From Candidatus Saccharimonadota bacterium (GTDB taxonomy: Bacteria; Bacteroidota; Bacteroidia; Cytophagales; Amoebophilaceae), in assembly GCF_003351905.1 (NCBI RefSeq), contig NZ_CP022339.1:90001-122000 (forward strand): a DNA stretch of 32,000 nt, read 5' to 3'. The notes beneath the pieces were generated by a model that was given only the letters and a program-made list of their open reading frames with translations, ran no database searches and had not been told where the DNA came from. Positions 8,099 through 17,516 of the stretch are shown piece by piece (the stretch's first letter is position 1; each line of letters begins with the position of its first letter). The position numbers and the translations under genes were made by a program.

Positions 8099-11000
8099 AT
8101 GATCTGTTTGAATATGTCCCTATTTATAGTGGCTGCTTTTTTATTATTAACCTTAATAGTAGGTGGCTACTTTAGTAGAAAAAAAACCACCTTTCGAGAA
8201 TATGCAGTGGGGCATAAACAGTTTGCGACGGCTACTTTGGTAGCTACCGTATTGGCTACTTTTTTTCAAGGGGGTGGGTTGGTACGTAATATAGAATGTG
8301 TCTATGATCTTGGCTTGTGGTTTACAGTTATTTTGCTTTTGGTGCCTCTTGGCATGTGGAGCACTAGCAGATTTGCATTGCGTATGGGGCCATTTATGCA
8401 ACACCTCTCTCTGGCAGAAACAATAGGTAGTATTTATGGTACGTATGCAAAGGTTATCACTGTTTTGGTTAGCATTTGTTGTAATATCCTCCTAATTACT
8501 TCTCAAATCGTCATTGTCTCCCAAACTATTGGCATTTGTGTAACTTTAGATAACCCTTATGTAATTCCTGTTCTTTCCACCTCAATCCTTATTTTTTATT
8601 CTACCTTTGGGGGGGGCCGCGCGGTTACCTTGACAGATGTGTTCCAATTTATCACTTTTTCCATTGTTATTCCTTTGCTTTGTTGGTTTGCCTTTGCAAA
8701 AATAGGAAAACCAGTTGCAACCATTGTTCCTATACTACAGAGTCACACTAAGTTTCAGTTTACCCACTTATTTCACTCTAATAACCAGCTAATTCATATA
8801 GTACTACTGTTGTTAGCTGATATACCGAGTAGTATAGTAGCTTCTCCTCTTACGCAACGGGTCTATATGGCTGCTAGTCCTATTCAAGCCCAAAAAGTTT
8901 TTTCGTATGCTGCTATTTTTAGTTTTATTATTCAGGTTTTTATAGTTTTAATTGGTCTATTTATTTTTGTCGGGGCATCAAACTTACCCAAAGTAGAAAT
9001 TTGGCCCTATATAATGGGCCATATCCCTCCTCTTTTTAAAGGATTTGTTGCCAGTATACTCGCTATGGTGATGTCTACTGCTGATTCTTGCTTAAATACT
9101 TGTGCGGTTATGGTCAGCCATGATATAGCAAAAAGCCTAATAAAACAAAAAAAGATTAGTGATTCCACTCAGCTTAAAATAGCCAGGTGGACTACACTAA
9201 CGGTGGGCCTATTATCTATGGTCATAACTTTTAAGTATAATGATTTGTTAAAATTAATGTATTGGGGCCTTAACTGTCGGGTACCTATACTAACCGCTCC
9301 TTTTATTTTAGCTGTTTTTGGTTTTCGGGGTACTCCTCGAACGGCTTTAGTAGGTATGACTACAGGTGCATGCACTATTTTAGCGTGGAACAAATGGATT
9401 AAACCTGCAATAGAGATAGATGGTTCTTTTATGGCTATGGTGGCCAATGGATTAGCGATGCTAGCGGCCCATTATCTACTGAAGCAGCCAAAAAGTGCTG
9501 GGTGGGTGAAACCAGATCATGAGTTTAAACAAGTACAACAAGCCCATGCGCGCAATAGAGCGGAGCGAAGGGAGATGATTAAAAATGGTTGGGCCAATAG
9601 AAAATCCACTTTGTCTAAGCTGATACCTAGTGATGCTGCCTTACGTTTAACAGGGCTTTATGTGGTCATTACGGCTATTCTAGGTTATTGGTTTATTAGG
9701 CCAGATCATATCTATTGGGCGATATGTCAAGGCCTTGTGGGTGCCCTGCTTACATCTTCTAAAACCTTTTTTAGCAGCGCAATTCCCGCCTGGTGTATTG
9801 GTTTGGGCTGGCTTATAGGGTTAGTGGTTTATCTGCCTCTGAGTCTGCTTGGACACTGGTGGTATCTTGTAGATCCGATCTTTACCGCATCTTTGTCTTT
9901 GGCCCATTGTGCTGTAATCCTATGGGTTTTGCCACTCCATCTGGGCATAGGGGTTGTTACCACTACCTTATTAATAGCCATTTATCCTATGGCTATTGGA
10001 TTGACTTTGCCAGTATTGTCTGCTTTATTTCCGCTGTTCATAGCAGGCTTAGTGGTATTTGCTATGGCTATTTACTTTAAGGTAAAGGTACGCAATTACA
10101 CCACTCAAATTCTTTACTTAAAAGATCAAGAAGGGATTAGAGAAGCACAACAACTGAAAGCCTCTCTTTATGATTCGGGTACGGTTCCTGCTACTATAGT
10201 TAATAAGTCTAAGGGTTATGGCGCTATTTTAACACAAGTAGTCGGTAAGATTGAAGAATCTATTTCTTTTTTAGATAGCAATGTGCCACTTTATAAGCAA
10301 GATTTTCAGAGTATTATTAATAAATTGTATGATTGGGTGGCCTATTTTAATAGAAGAGAAAGGGCCAAAAAACATGCCCTGCTGCAGCCTACTAAAATTA
10401 CTTTAGATAAACTGATACGTAAGGTAGAATTGGCGTTAGGCCAAGAGGTAGCGCATCCGCCTAGGTTGTTGATAGAAAAGATAAACGATTCCAATGGAGC
10501 GCCATCTCCGCATATGGTATGTGATATCAATCAAATTGCCTATTTACTGGTGCAGGCTGTGTTACGTGTTGGTAAACGAGCGGGTACATCAATTGTTCAT
10601 ATACGTTTCCATAATACTGCTTTACAGTTTAAGCAAGCCGATGCTATTGACAACAGCTATCCTCTATCCATGCTTTTTCAAGCTACTGCCCTGGTAGTCA
10701 GTCAGGCTACTACTCTCCCTGAAGTGATGGTCAAAGTAAAACCTGTCTATGATGATGAGATAGATATGATGGGCCATCAAGGAAAACAGGACACACCACC
10801 CTCTATAGATCTTCAACAGGAAACCATATCCAGTATTGTGGGGGGGCATTATGGCCATTTAGAAATCTTCGATGGCGAGCAGCAGCCAGCTATGCTACTG
10901 GTATTGCCTAGTAATGTCACTGATATTCTTAGTAAAATAACGATTAACTTACCTCTAGATGAGTTAACCTTAGAGACCCCTGTCACCCCTAAGGAACAAG

Positions 11001-11644
11001 CCGATTCCATGATGGCATTAATGCAGTTCCATGATCATGTTAGTAGATCTTCTCATCGAGCGGATCCTATTGATATAGGTATTATTTCAGGGTTGCTTTT
11101 ATTGCTGCGGCAGCATTTTGGCTTTAAGCGACATGCTTCGGGTCAATTGTTTTATGTACGTGCGGTAGGTATTGCGGAAATAGTCGTAAAATGGGTATTT
11201 CACTCTCCTAAGGTGATTTATGCTGCTTTGCTCTATGAGTTGGTGCGTCGTACCTGTTTGCCGCTTTCTTATGTCAAGGAACATTATAATTTAGGCGTAT
11301 ATGCTTTTGTATTGAATGTAGTAGGCATAGATAAACGGCAAGCATTGGATCATCCTTCTTTGCTGTATGTGCAAAATCGATTGCAAGAAGCAATTAAGGA
11401 GGAACATGTACAGCTTTCCGTTCTTTTTATCAAACTAGCCGAGCGGCTCTATGACCTACGTCATGCAGCAGGTTATAGCCATCTCTCAGAAGTACAACAT
11501 ATGGCGCAAGAAACCCTGACCATAGATGTGGAGTTAGCCAATGCCTACTTGGGCCCAGAGATAGGCGTGGCACTAGAAAAAGCAGCCAAACAGGCATTAG
11601 AACTGGGCAAACATAGACGAAAGGATCAAGATAATGAGCTATGA
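8099..11644 (+). CDS. SSS-family transporter domain fused to an extra TM block, a degenerate histidine-kinase-like module and a degenerate RelA/SpoT-type HD domain
   Basis: 1181 aa (alternative start at the ATG at 8114, MSLFIV). SSS motifs: FREYAVG, YSTFGGGRAVTLTDVFQ, AMVMSTADSCLNTCAVMVSHDI. A second TM cluster lies at about 9640-10080. HK-like tail: VCDINQIAYLLVQAVLRVGKRAG ... ISSIVGGHYGHLEIFDGEQQPAMLLVLP. SpoT-like region: HASGQLFYVRAVGIAEIV..AALLYELVRRT..FIKLAERLYDLRH..AQETLTIDVELANAYLG. Confidence 0.8.
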   Translation: MICLNMSLFIVAAFLLLTLIVGGYFSRKKTTFREYAVGHKQFATATLVATVLATFFQGGGLVRNIECVYDLGLWFTVILLLVPLGMWSTSRFALRMGPFMQHLSLAETIGSIYGTYAKVITVLVSICCNILLITSQIVIVSQTIGICVTLDNPYVIPVLSTSILIFYSTFGGGRAVTLTDVFQFITFSIVIPLLCWFAFAKIGKPVATIVPILQSHTKFQFTHLFHSNNQLIHIVLLLLADIPSSIVASPLTQRVYMAASPIQAQKVFSYAAIFSFIIQVFIVLIGLFIFVGASNLPKVEIWPYIMGHIPPLFKGFVASILAMVMSTADSCLNTCAVMVSHDIAKSLIKQKKISDSTQLKIARWTTLTVGLLSMVITFKYNDLLKLMYWGLNCRVPILTAPFILAVFGFRGTPRTALVGMTTGACTILAWNKWIKPAIEIDGSFMAMVANGLAMLAAHYLLKQPKSAGWVKPDHEFKQVQQAHARNRAERREMIKNGWANRKSTLSKLIPSDAALRLTGLYVVITAILGYWFIRPDHIYWAICQGLVGALLTSSKTFFSSAIPAWCIGLGWLIGLVVYLPLSLLGHWWYLVDPIFTASLSLAHCAVILWVLPLHLGIGVVTTTLLIAIYPMAIGLTLPVLSALFPLFIAGLVVFAMAIYFKVKVRNYTTQILYLKDQEGIREAQQLKASLYDSGTVPATIVNKSKGYGAILTQVVGKIEESISFLDSNVPLYKQDFQSIINKLYDWVAYFNRRERAKKHALLQPTKITLDKLIRKVELALGQEVAHPPRLLIEKINDSNGAPSPHMVCDINQIAYLLVQAVLRVGKRAGTSIVHIRFHNTALQFKQADAIDNSYPLSMLFQATALVVSQATTLPEVMVKVKPVYDDEIDMMGHQGKQDTPPSIDLQQETISSIVGGHYGHLEIFDGEQQPAMLLVLPSNVTDILSKITINLPLDELTLETPVTPKEQADSMMALMQFHDHVSRSSHRADPIDIGIISGLLLLLRQHFGFKRHASGQLFYVRAVGIAEIVVKWVFHSPKVIYAALLYELVRRTCLPLSYVKEHYNLGVYAFVLNVVGIDKRQALDHPSLLYVQNRLQEAIKEEHVQLSVLFIKLAERLYDLRHAAGYSHLSEVQHMAQETLTIDVELANAYLGPEIGVALEKAAKQALELGKHRRKDQDNEL

Positions 11645-11753
11645 TCAGGTGGCTGGTAACCGTCAGCTGACCTGTTGGCGCCATGCTTTGATCTATTTTT
11701 AAGGCCACTATACTTTATAACTATTTTCGAACCATTTTTTCTATTAGAAACAA

Positions 11754-14219
11754 ATGACTACACCCACTTTACCACCACATTACAACTTTGTAGAACGAGA
11801 AACATATTGGCAACATTTTTGGGAAGCAGCAGCGCTATATAGTTGGGACCCAACTGATCCAGATACTTTTGTGGTAGATACACCTCCCCCTACCATTTCC
11901 GGACAGCTGCACGTAGGCCATGCTTGTAGCTATGCACAAGCCGATTTTATCGTTCGATTTCAACGCATGTTGGGTAAAAATATTTTTTATCCAATGGGTT
12001 TTGATGACAATGGGTTACCCACGGAGCGGTTGGTAGAAAAACAAAAAGGTGTTCGCGCAGCCCATATGGATAGAACGGCTTTCATAAAATTATGTCAGGA
12101 AGTAGTGGATAGGGAAGAAGAAAAGTTTAGGCATCTTTTTAAGGCCATGGCGCTTTCTGTGGATTGGAGTTTAGAATACCAGACGATTAGTCCACTATCT
12201 CGTAAGCTTTCACAGATGTCTTTTTTGGACCTTTTGAAAAAAGGGGAGGTATACCGTAGTGCGCAACCGATGTTGTGGGATCCAGTAGATGGTACTGCTT
12301 TGGCACAAGCTGATATTGAAGACCAGGAGCGCACCACCTATATGAATGACATTCTATTTCTACATGAAGCGACGCAAGCCCCTTTACCCATTGCTACGAC
12401 TCGACCTGAATTATTGCCTGCCTGCGTGGCCTTATTCTACCATCCGGATGATATGCGTTACCAACATTTGGCGCACACCTATGCCCTGACACCTATATTT
12501 AATATGAGGGTGCCTATTTTAGCAGATGTGCTTGTGCAGCCCAATAAGGGAACCGGTTTGGTGATGTGTTGCACCTTTGGAGACCAAACCGATATAGTGT
12601 GGTGGAAGAAACACCAATTGCCTACTTGTATCATCCTAAATAAACAAGGCAGGGTAACCCATGTTGGTCCATTGCAAGGCCTTAAGGTAACAGAAGCACG
12701 CGAAAAAATCATTCAAATCTTAAAGGATCAGTCGTTGTTGGTTAAGCAAACGCTTGTGCAGCAATCTGTCAAGTGTGCAGAACGTTCTGGTGCACCTTTA
12801 GAAATACGCACTACACCTCAGTGGTTTGTGCGTACCATAGATCATAAAGCCGCCCTTTTAGCTAAGGTCAAACAACTCAAATGGCACCCTGCTGCCATGC
12901 AGCATAGGCTGGAGGAATGGATTGCTGGCATCGCTTGGGATTGGTCTATAAGCCGTCAGCGCTATTTTGGGGTGCCTTTTCCGGTTTGGTATTCTAAACG
13001 TTCTGGGGAAGAAGGAAAGATATTGGTGCCCACTGTAGATCAGTTGCCTGTAAACCCACTTGAAGATCTACCCATAGGCTATACCCGTGAAGAGGTAGAA
13101 CCAGACTATGATGTAATGGATACTTGGGCAACGAGCAGTATTTCGCCCCAACTCTCTTCGCATGCGATTAATAAGGAGTCTAGCGTAGACTATAATAGGC
13201 ACCTGCAGTTGTTCCCTATGGATTTGCGCCCACAAGCCCATGAGATTATACGGACTTGGGCTTTCTATACTTTACTCAAAGCCCATTTGCATGAGGATAG
13301 TCTGCCCTGGAACCATATTATGATCCATGGATGGTGCCTAGCGTCAGATAAGCAAAAGATGTCTAAGTCTAAAGGTAATGTGTTGCTGCCTGAAAAGCTT
13401 TTAACTACCTATGGGGCGGATGTCATCCGCTATTGGGCCGCTAACGCCCGTTTGGGTGCAGATACTTGTTATTGTGAAAATGTGATGAAAAATGGCAAAC
13501 GGTTGGTGACTAAATTATGGAATGCCGGTAAGTTTATCTTGGGCCATTTTGATAAAATAGAAGGTTTAGGTCAACCACTTCAGTGGCAAAAAGTCACCCA
13601 TACCCTAGATCGATGGCTCTTAGAATCCCTAGCCGCACTGACTGATAAGGTGCATGCACATTTGTTAGCCTATGGCTATGCAGAGGCGTTGGAACAGGTA
13701 GAAAAATTCTTTTGGTCTGTTTTTTGTGATGACTATCTAGAGCTTAGTAAAGCTAGGGTTTATAATGCACTGCAGCAAGATCCGCAAGGTCAGTATAGTG
13801 CTATGGTAACACTTTACCATGCTTTTTATGGTCTATTGCAACTTTTTGCTCCTATTTTGCCTCATATTACAGAGGAACTGTCTCAGGGATTGTATCCCCA
13901 TAAAGGTTCTATTCATCAAAGAGGCAATTGGCCCACGTGGAGATTAGAGACGACCATTCCTCAAGCGCAAGTGGATCAAGTCGTGCACCTTAGGGAAATC
14001 ATTGGATTGGTACGTAAAGCCAAAGCAGATGGTCAACTTTCTATAAAAGCGCCGATTCAGTTGCTTACCATTAGCGGTACAGTTTTAGATGAAGATATAT
14101 ATCAAGACCTTAAAGCGGTCACTGCTGCTACCGAGATCGTATTCGGCGATCTAACCTCAAGCCCTATGGATATACAAGTAGTGGGTAAGCAGTGTGGCAT
14201 AGGGGTAGTGTGGGGGTAG
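11754..14219 (+). CDS. valS: Valine--tRNA ligase, short archaeal/rickettsial-like type
   Basis: 821 aa. HIGH motif: [17 protein letters not shown]. Also [13 protein letters not shown], editing-domain motif [30 protein letters not shown] and KMSKSKGN. It lacks the long C-terminal coiled coil of canonical bacterial ValRS. Confidence 0.9.
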   Translation: MTTPTLPPHYNFVERETYWQHFWEAAALYSWDPTDPDTFVVDTPPPTISGQLHVGHACSYAQADFIVRFQRMLGKNIFYPMGFDDNGLPTERLVEKQKGVRAAHMDRTAFIKLCQEVVDREEEKFRHLFKAMALSVDWSLEYQTISPLSRKLSQMSFLDLLKKGEVYRSAQPMLWDPVDGTALAQADIEDQERTTYMNDILFLHEATQAPLPIATTRPELLPACVALFYHPDDMRYQHLAHTYALTPIFNMRVPILADVLVQPNKGTGLVMCCTFGDQTDIVWWKKHQLPTCIILNKQGRVTHVGPLQGLKVTEAREKIIQILKDQSLLVKQTLVQQSVKCAERSGAPLEIRTTPQWFVRTIDHKAALLAKVKQLKWHPAAMQHRLEEWIAGIAWDWSISRQRYFGVPFPVWYSKRSGEEGKILVPTVDQLPVNPLEDLPIGYTREEVEPDYDVMDTWATSSISPQLSSHAINKESSVDYNRHLQLFPMDLRPQAHEIIRTWAFYTLLKAHLHEDSLPWNHIMIHGWCLASDKQKMSKSKGNVLLPEKLLTTYGADVIRYWAANARLGADTCYCENVMKNGKRLVTKLWNAGKFILGHFDKIEGLGQPLQWQKVTHTLDRWLLESLAALTDKVHAHLLAYGYAEALEQVEKFFWSVFCDDYLELSKARVYNALQQDPQGQYSAMVTLYHAFYGLLQLFAPILPHITEELSQGLYPHKGSIHQRGNWPTWRLETTIPQAQVDQVVHLREIIGLVRKAKADGQLSIKAPIQLLTISGTVLDEDIYQDLKAVTAATEIVFGDLTSSPMDIQVVGKQCGIGVVWG

Positions 14220-14251
14220 GGAAGGTATCTGTTCAATTCACTACACATCAG

Positions 14252-15412
14252 ATGCCATTGAGCAAAGCACAAACAAATAGCCAGGCGGGCATCTACCTGC
14301 ACATCCCATTTTGCAAGCAAGCTTGCCACTATTGTGACTTCCATTTTAGTACTAATTTGTCTTTTAAGTCATTAATGGTCCATAGCATCCAAAAAGAACT
14401 TGCATTACGTCAAGATTATTTGAAAGGCATACCCATTACCAGTATTTATTTTGGTGGTGGTACTCCTTCGTTATTAACGCTTGTAGAAATAGAGCAGCTG
14501 CTCAACCAAGTGGTACGTTGTTTTCCTATAGCGCCAGCAGCAGAGATCACATTAGAGGCCAATCCTGATGACTTAACGCTTGAAAAATTGCAAGGATTGA
14601 ACCATATGGGTGTAAATAGGCTTAGCATAGGCATACAGTCTTTTAATGATCAGGCACTGCGTTATATGAATAGGGCCCATACCAGTTCCATGGCCCAAAA
14701 TAGTGTAGCGTGGGCACGTACTGCTGGCTTTGATAACTTAAGTATAGATCTTATCTATGCCATTCCTGGTACTACTATGTGCGATTGGCATGCTGATTTA
14801 ACACAAGCCCTATTGTTGGAACCAGCGCATATTTCTACCTATTGTTTGACCATTAAACCTAAAACTGTATTTGGCTATTGGCATAAACAAGGTAGTCTGG
14901 TGGAGCTAGATGAAACTTTCGCAGCAGAACAATTTGAACGAACTGTAGCAGCTTGTGCTCAACAAGGTTATCTACATTATGAAATTTCTAATTTTTGCAA
15001 GCCAGAAAAATATTCTAGACACAATACAAATTACTGGAAATCAGGTCCATATATAGGTGTCGGACCAGGGGCACATGCCTATAATGGGCAGCAAAGACAA
15101 TGGAATATTGCTCATAATGCATTATATATTAAAGCCATTCAAAATGGGAAGCTACCTTATACGGAAGAAACCTTAACGGTAGCCAATCATGTAAATGAAT
15201 ATATGATGACCAGTCTAAGAACTTGTTGGGGATGTGATTTTGATTGGATTTATGCACAATATGGGATTGACCTTATGGCCATACAAAAAGATTATTTAGA
15301 AAAAATTATGCAATGGAAATTGGCCTATTTGACCGGCCATATACTTTATTTAACAAATAGTGGTAAATTACTAGCCGATAAAATAGCGAGTGATCTTTTT
15401 GTAGATGGATGA
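14252..15412 (+). CDS. hemW: Radical SAM heme chaperone HemW / oxygen-independent coproporphyrinogen-III oxidase-like protein
   Basis: Radical SAM cluster motif: GIYLHIPFCKQACHYCDF (CxxxCxxC). Also YFGGGTPS and the HemN-like C-terminal region. I place the start at the ATG at 14252 (MPLSKAQ..) rather than the listed 14192, which overlaps valS. Confidence 0.85.
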   Translation: MPLSKAQTNSQAGIYLHIPFCKQACHYCDFHFSTNLSFKSLMVHSIQKELALRQDYLKGIPITSIYFGGGTPSLLTLVEIEQLLNQVVRCFPIAPAAEITLEANPDDLTLEKLQGLNHMGVNRLSIGIQSFNDQALRYMNRAHTSSMAQNSVAWARTAGFDNLSIDLIYAIPGTTMCDWHADLTQALLLEPAHISTYCLTIKPKTVFGYWHKQGSLVELDETFAAEQFERTVAACAQQGYLHYEISNFCKPEKYSRHNTNYWKSGPYIGVGPGAHAYNGQQRQWNIAHNALYIKAIQNGKLPYTEETLTVANHVNEYMMTSLRTCWGCDFDWIYAQYGIDLMAIQKDYLEKIMQWKLAYLTGHILYLTNSGKLLADKIASDLFVDG

Positions 15413-15506
15413 TCGCTCCATGGCATCATGGTAAGAAAAATAACCATTGATCCAACCATACAAATTCCTTTGATTAAGTTTAAGGTATGGTATAAAATCC
15501 TCTTCA

Positions 15507-17339
15507 ATGCGTATTTATTCTAGGATTTTAGGTTACGCAGGGCCTTTATGGCCGTGCGCTTTTTATTATTTTTCTGCTATTCTCTTATCCATTGTTTTTG
15601 GATTGGCGACCTATGGCTTGGTTATTCCCTTGCTTAAGGTACTATTTAATCAAGAGGAGTTGAACCGGTTGTTATGGGAAGACCAAGTAATGCCCACATG
15701 GCAGCTAAATATGCACTACCTTACGAGTTTATTTAATTACTTTTTTATAAAAATTATTATCGATTACGGTAAAATACGTGCACTCTGTTTGTTGGCATTT
15801 TTATTTATGTGCGCTAATGCCATAAGTGGGTTTTTTAGGTATATAGCAGATGTTACTATGGCTAAAGTCCGTATCCATCTTGTCCATAATTTGCGCCTGG
15901 CTCTCTTTAAAAAAAGTTTAACGTTGCCTGTGGAGTATTTTACTGATCACAAGAAAGGAGATATAATAGCGCGTATTACTATTGATATTCAGGAGGTAGA
16001 GCATGCAGTTGCTGATACGTTGCGTCTATTTTTAAAAGAACCCACTCAACTTTTTTGTTACATTGTGGTGCTGTTTTACATGTCACCAAGTCTTAGTATT
16101 TTTACCTTATTATTTCTACCTATTGTAGGGTGGGCCATAGCTCAGCTTATACAATCCCTCCGTAAATGGACAGATGCAACGCAGCAGTCACTGGGTCATT
16201 TAATGCATTTAATTGAAGGTACCGTCAGTGGCATCCGTATCATTAAGCTTTTTGGTGCTCAAAAATATGCTATTGATCAGTTTAAAAAAGAGGGGAAGGT
16301 ATATGCCTCTACCCATATGGATGTAGCTAAAAAGTCCTATATGCTTGCACCAGTTTCTGCCTCATTAAGTGTGGTGGCGGTGTCTATTGTATTGGCCTAT
16401 GGTGGCCATTTAATCCTTTTGGACCGTAGCCTACTTACGCCCAGTACGTTTATTGCTTACATCATTATTTGCTCCCAAGCGCTTATACCGATCAAAATGA
16501 TTGCGCGGTCTATTGGCCATATTCAACGGGGGATAGCTGCCGGGAGACGTATTTTTGATGTATTAGATGAAAAATATGCGTTTAAGCGTTATTCAGGAGC
16601 ATCTATGTCTATCACATTTAAAGATAAGATTGTATTTAAAAACATTTCTTTTGCCTATAATGAGGGCAAGGAGGTTTTACATCAAATCAATTTTACGATT
16701 CAAAAAGGCGAAATGATCGCGTTGGTTGGTGCTTCTGGTTCAGGAAAGTCTACACTTTTATCCCTTTTGTCAGGACTTTATCAACCCAATAGTGGCGTTA
16801 TTGAGATAGATGATCTACCCATTTCCCAGATGAGTGAAGCATCACTTCGTCATTTAATGGGCGTGGTCACGCAGGAATCTATTGTATTCAACGATACAAT
16901 CTATAATAACATTCTTTTGAATAGAACAGGGTTCCATAAGGAAGCAGTCCTACAAGCTGCCCAGATAGCTTGTGCGCATGATTTTATTATGGCGTTACCT
17001 GAAGCCTACTATACCATTATTGGAGACAATGGCAGCAAGCTTTCGGGTGGGCAAAGGCAACGCATTTGTATGGCTAGAGCGCTATTAGGGAATCCACCTA
17101 TCTTAATATTAGATGAAGCCACTTCCGCTTTAGACATGGTTGCTGAGCGCAACCTACAGAGAGGTGCGCTGCTTAAAGATAAGACCTCTATTGTAGTAGC
17201 CCATAGGTTAACTACCATTTGTGATGCGGATAGAATTATTGTATTGGAACAAGGAAAGATAGTAGAAGAGGGTACCCATGCCAGTCTACTGGCGCAAGGA
17301 GGGGTCTATAAGCAATTGTTGGTTGGGCAACAGAGGTAG
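15507..17339 (+). CDS. ABC transporter permease/ATP-binding fusion protein, MsbA-like exporter
   Basis: 610 aa. N-terminal six-TM exporter domain. Walker A GASGSGKST, signature LSGGQRQR, Walker B ILILDEATSALD, H-loop VVAHRL. Confidence 0.88.
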   Translation: MRIYSRILGYAGPLWPCAFYYFSAILLSIVFGLATYGLVIPLLKVLFNQEELNRLLWEDQVMPTWQLNMHYLTSLFNYFFIKIIIDYGKIRALCLLAFLFMCANAISGFFRYIADVTMAKVRIHLVHNLRLALFKKSLTLPVEYFTDHKKGDIIARITIDIQEVEHAVADTLRLFLKEPTQLFCYIVVLFYMSPSLSIFTLLFLPIVGWAIAQLIQSLRKWTDATQQSLGHLMHLIEGTVSGIRIIKLFGAQKYAIDQFKKEGKVYASTHMDVAKKSYMLAPVSASLSVVAVSIVLAYGGHLILLDRSLLTPSTFIAYIIICSQALIPIKMIARSIGHIQRGIAAGRRIFDVLDEKYAFKRYSGASMSITFKDKIVFKNISFAYNEGKEVLHQINFTIQKGEMIALVGASGSGKSTLLSLLSGLYQPNSGVIEIDDLPISQMSEASLRHLMGVVTQESIVFNDTIYNNILLNRTGFHKEAVLQAAQIACAHDFIMALPEAYYTIIGDNGSKLSGGQRQRICMARALLGNPPILILDEATSALDMVAERNLQRGALLKDKTSIVVAHRLTTICDADRIIVLEQGKIVEEGTHASLLAQGGVYKQLLVGQQR

Positions 17340-17516
17340 ATTGGAGTATCTTAAATAGATAAAAAAATTTGTATAGCACAATAAAGCTTTGTAGACCAGC
17401 AAAAGTTTTAATATATTAAAAATATTAGGTGGTAGCCTTGTATATCTGTTTGTCTCTATTAGGCCCTTCTACTTAAATGGATAGACTTATTATAGGAGCT
17501 CGAAAGAGGAACCAAA

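Noticed and set aside
8153-11708. Short ORFs nested in the 1181-aa gene (8153-8404, 9169-9447, 9793-10080, 10342-10530, 10494-10697, 10664-10858, 11099-11284, 11430-11708)
   Set aside because: All are embedded in or antisense to the long ORF, which has motif support along its whole length.
14192-14251. The listed hemW start at 14192, overlapping valS by 28 nt
   Set aside because: The first 20 residues ([20 protein letters not shown]) have no HemW counterpart and overlap the valS 3' end. The ATG at 14252 gives a normal N-terminus just ahead of the CxxxCxxC motif.
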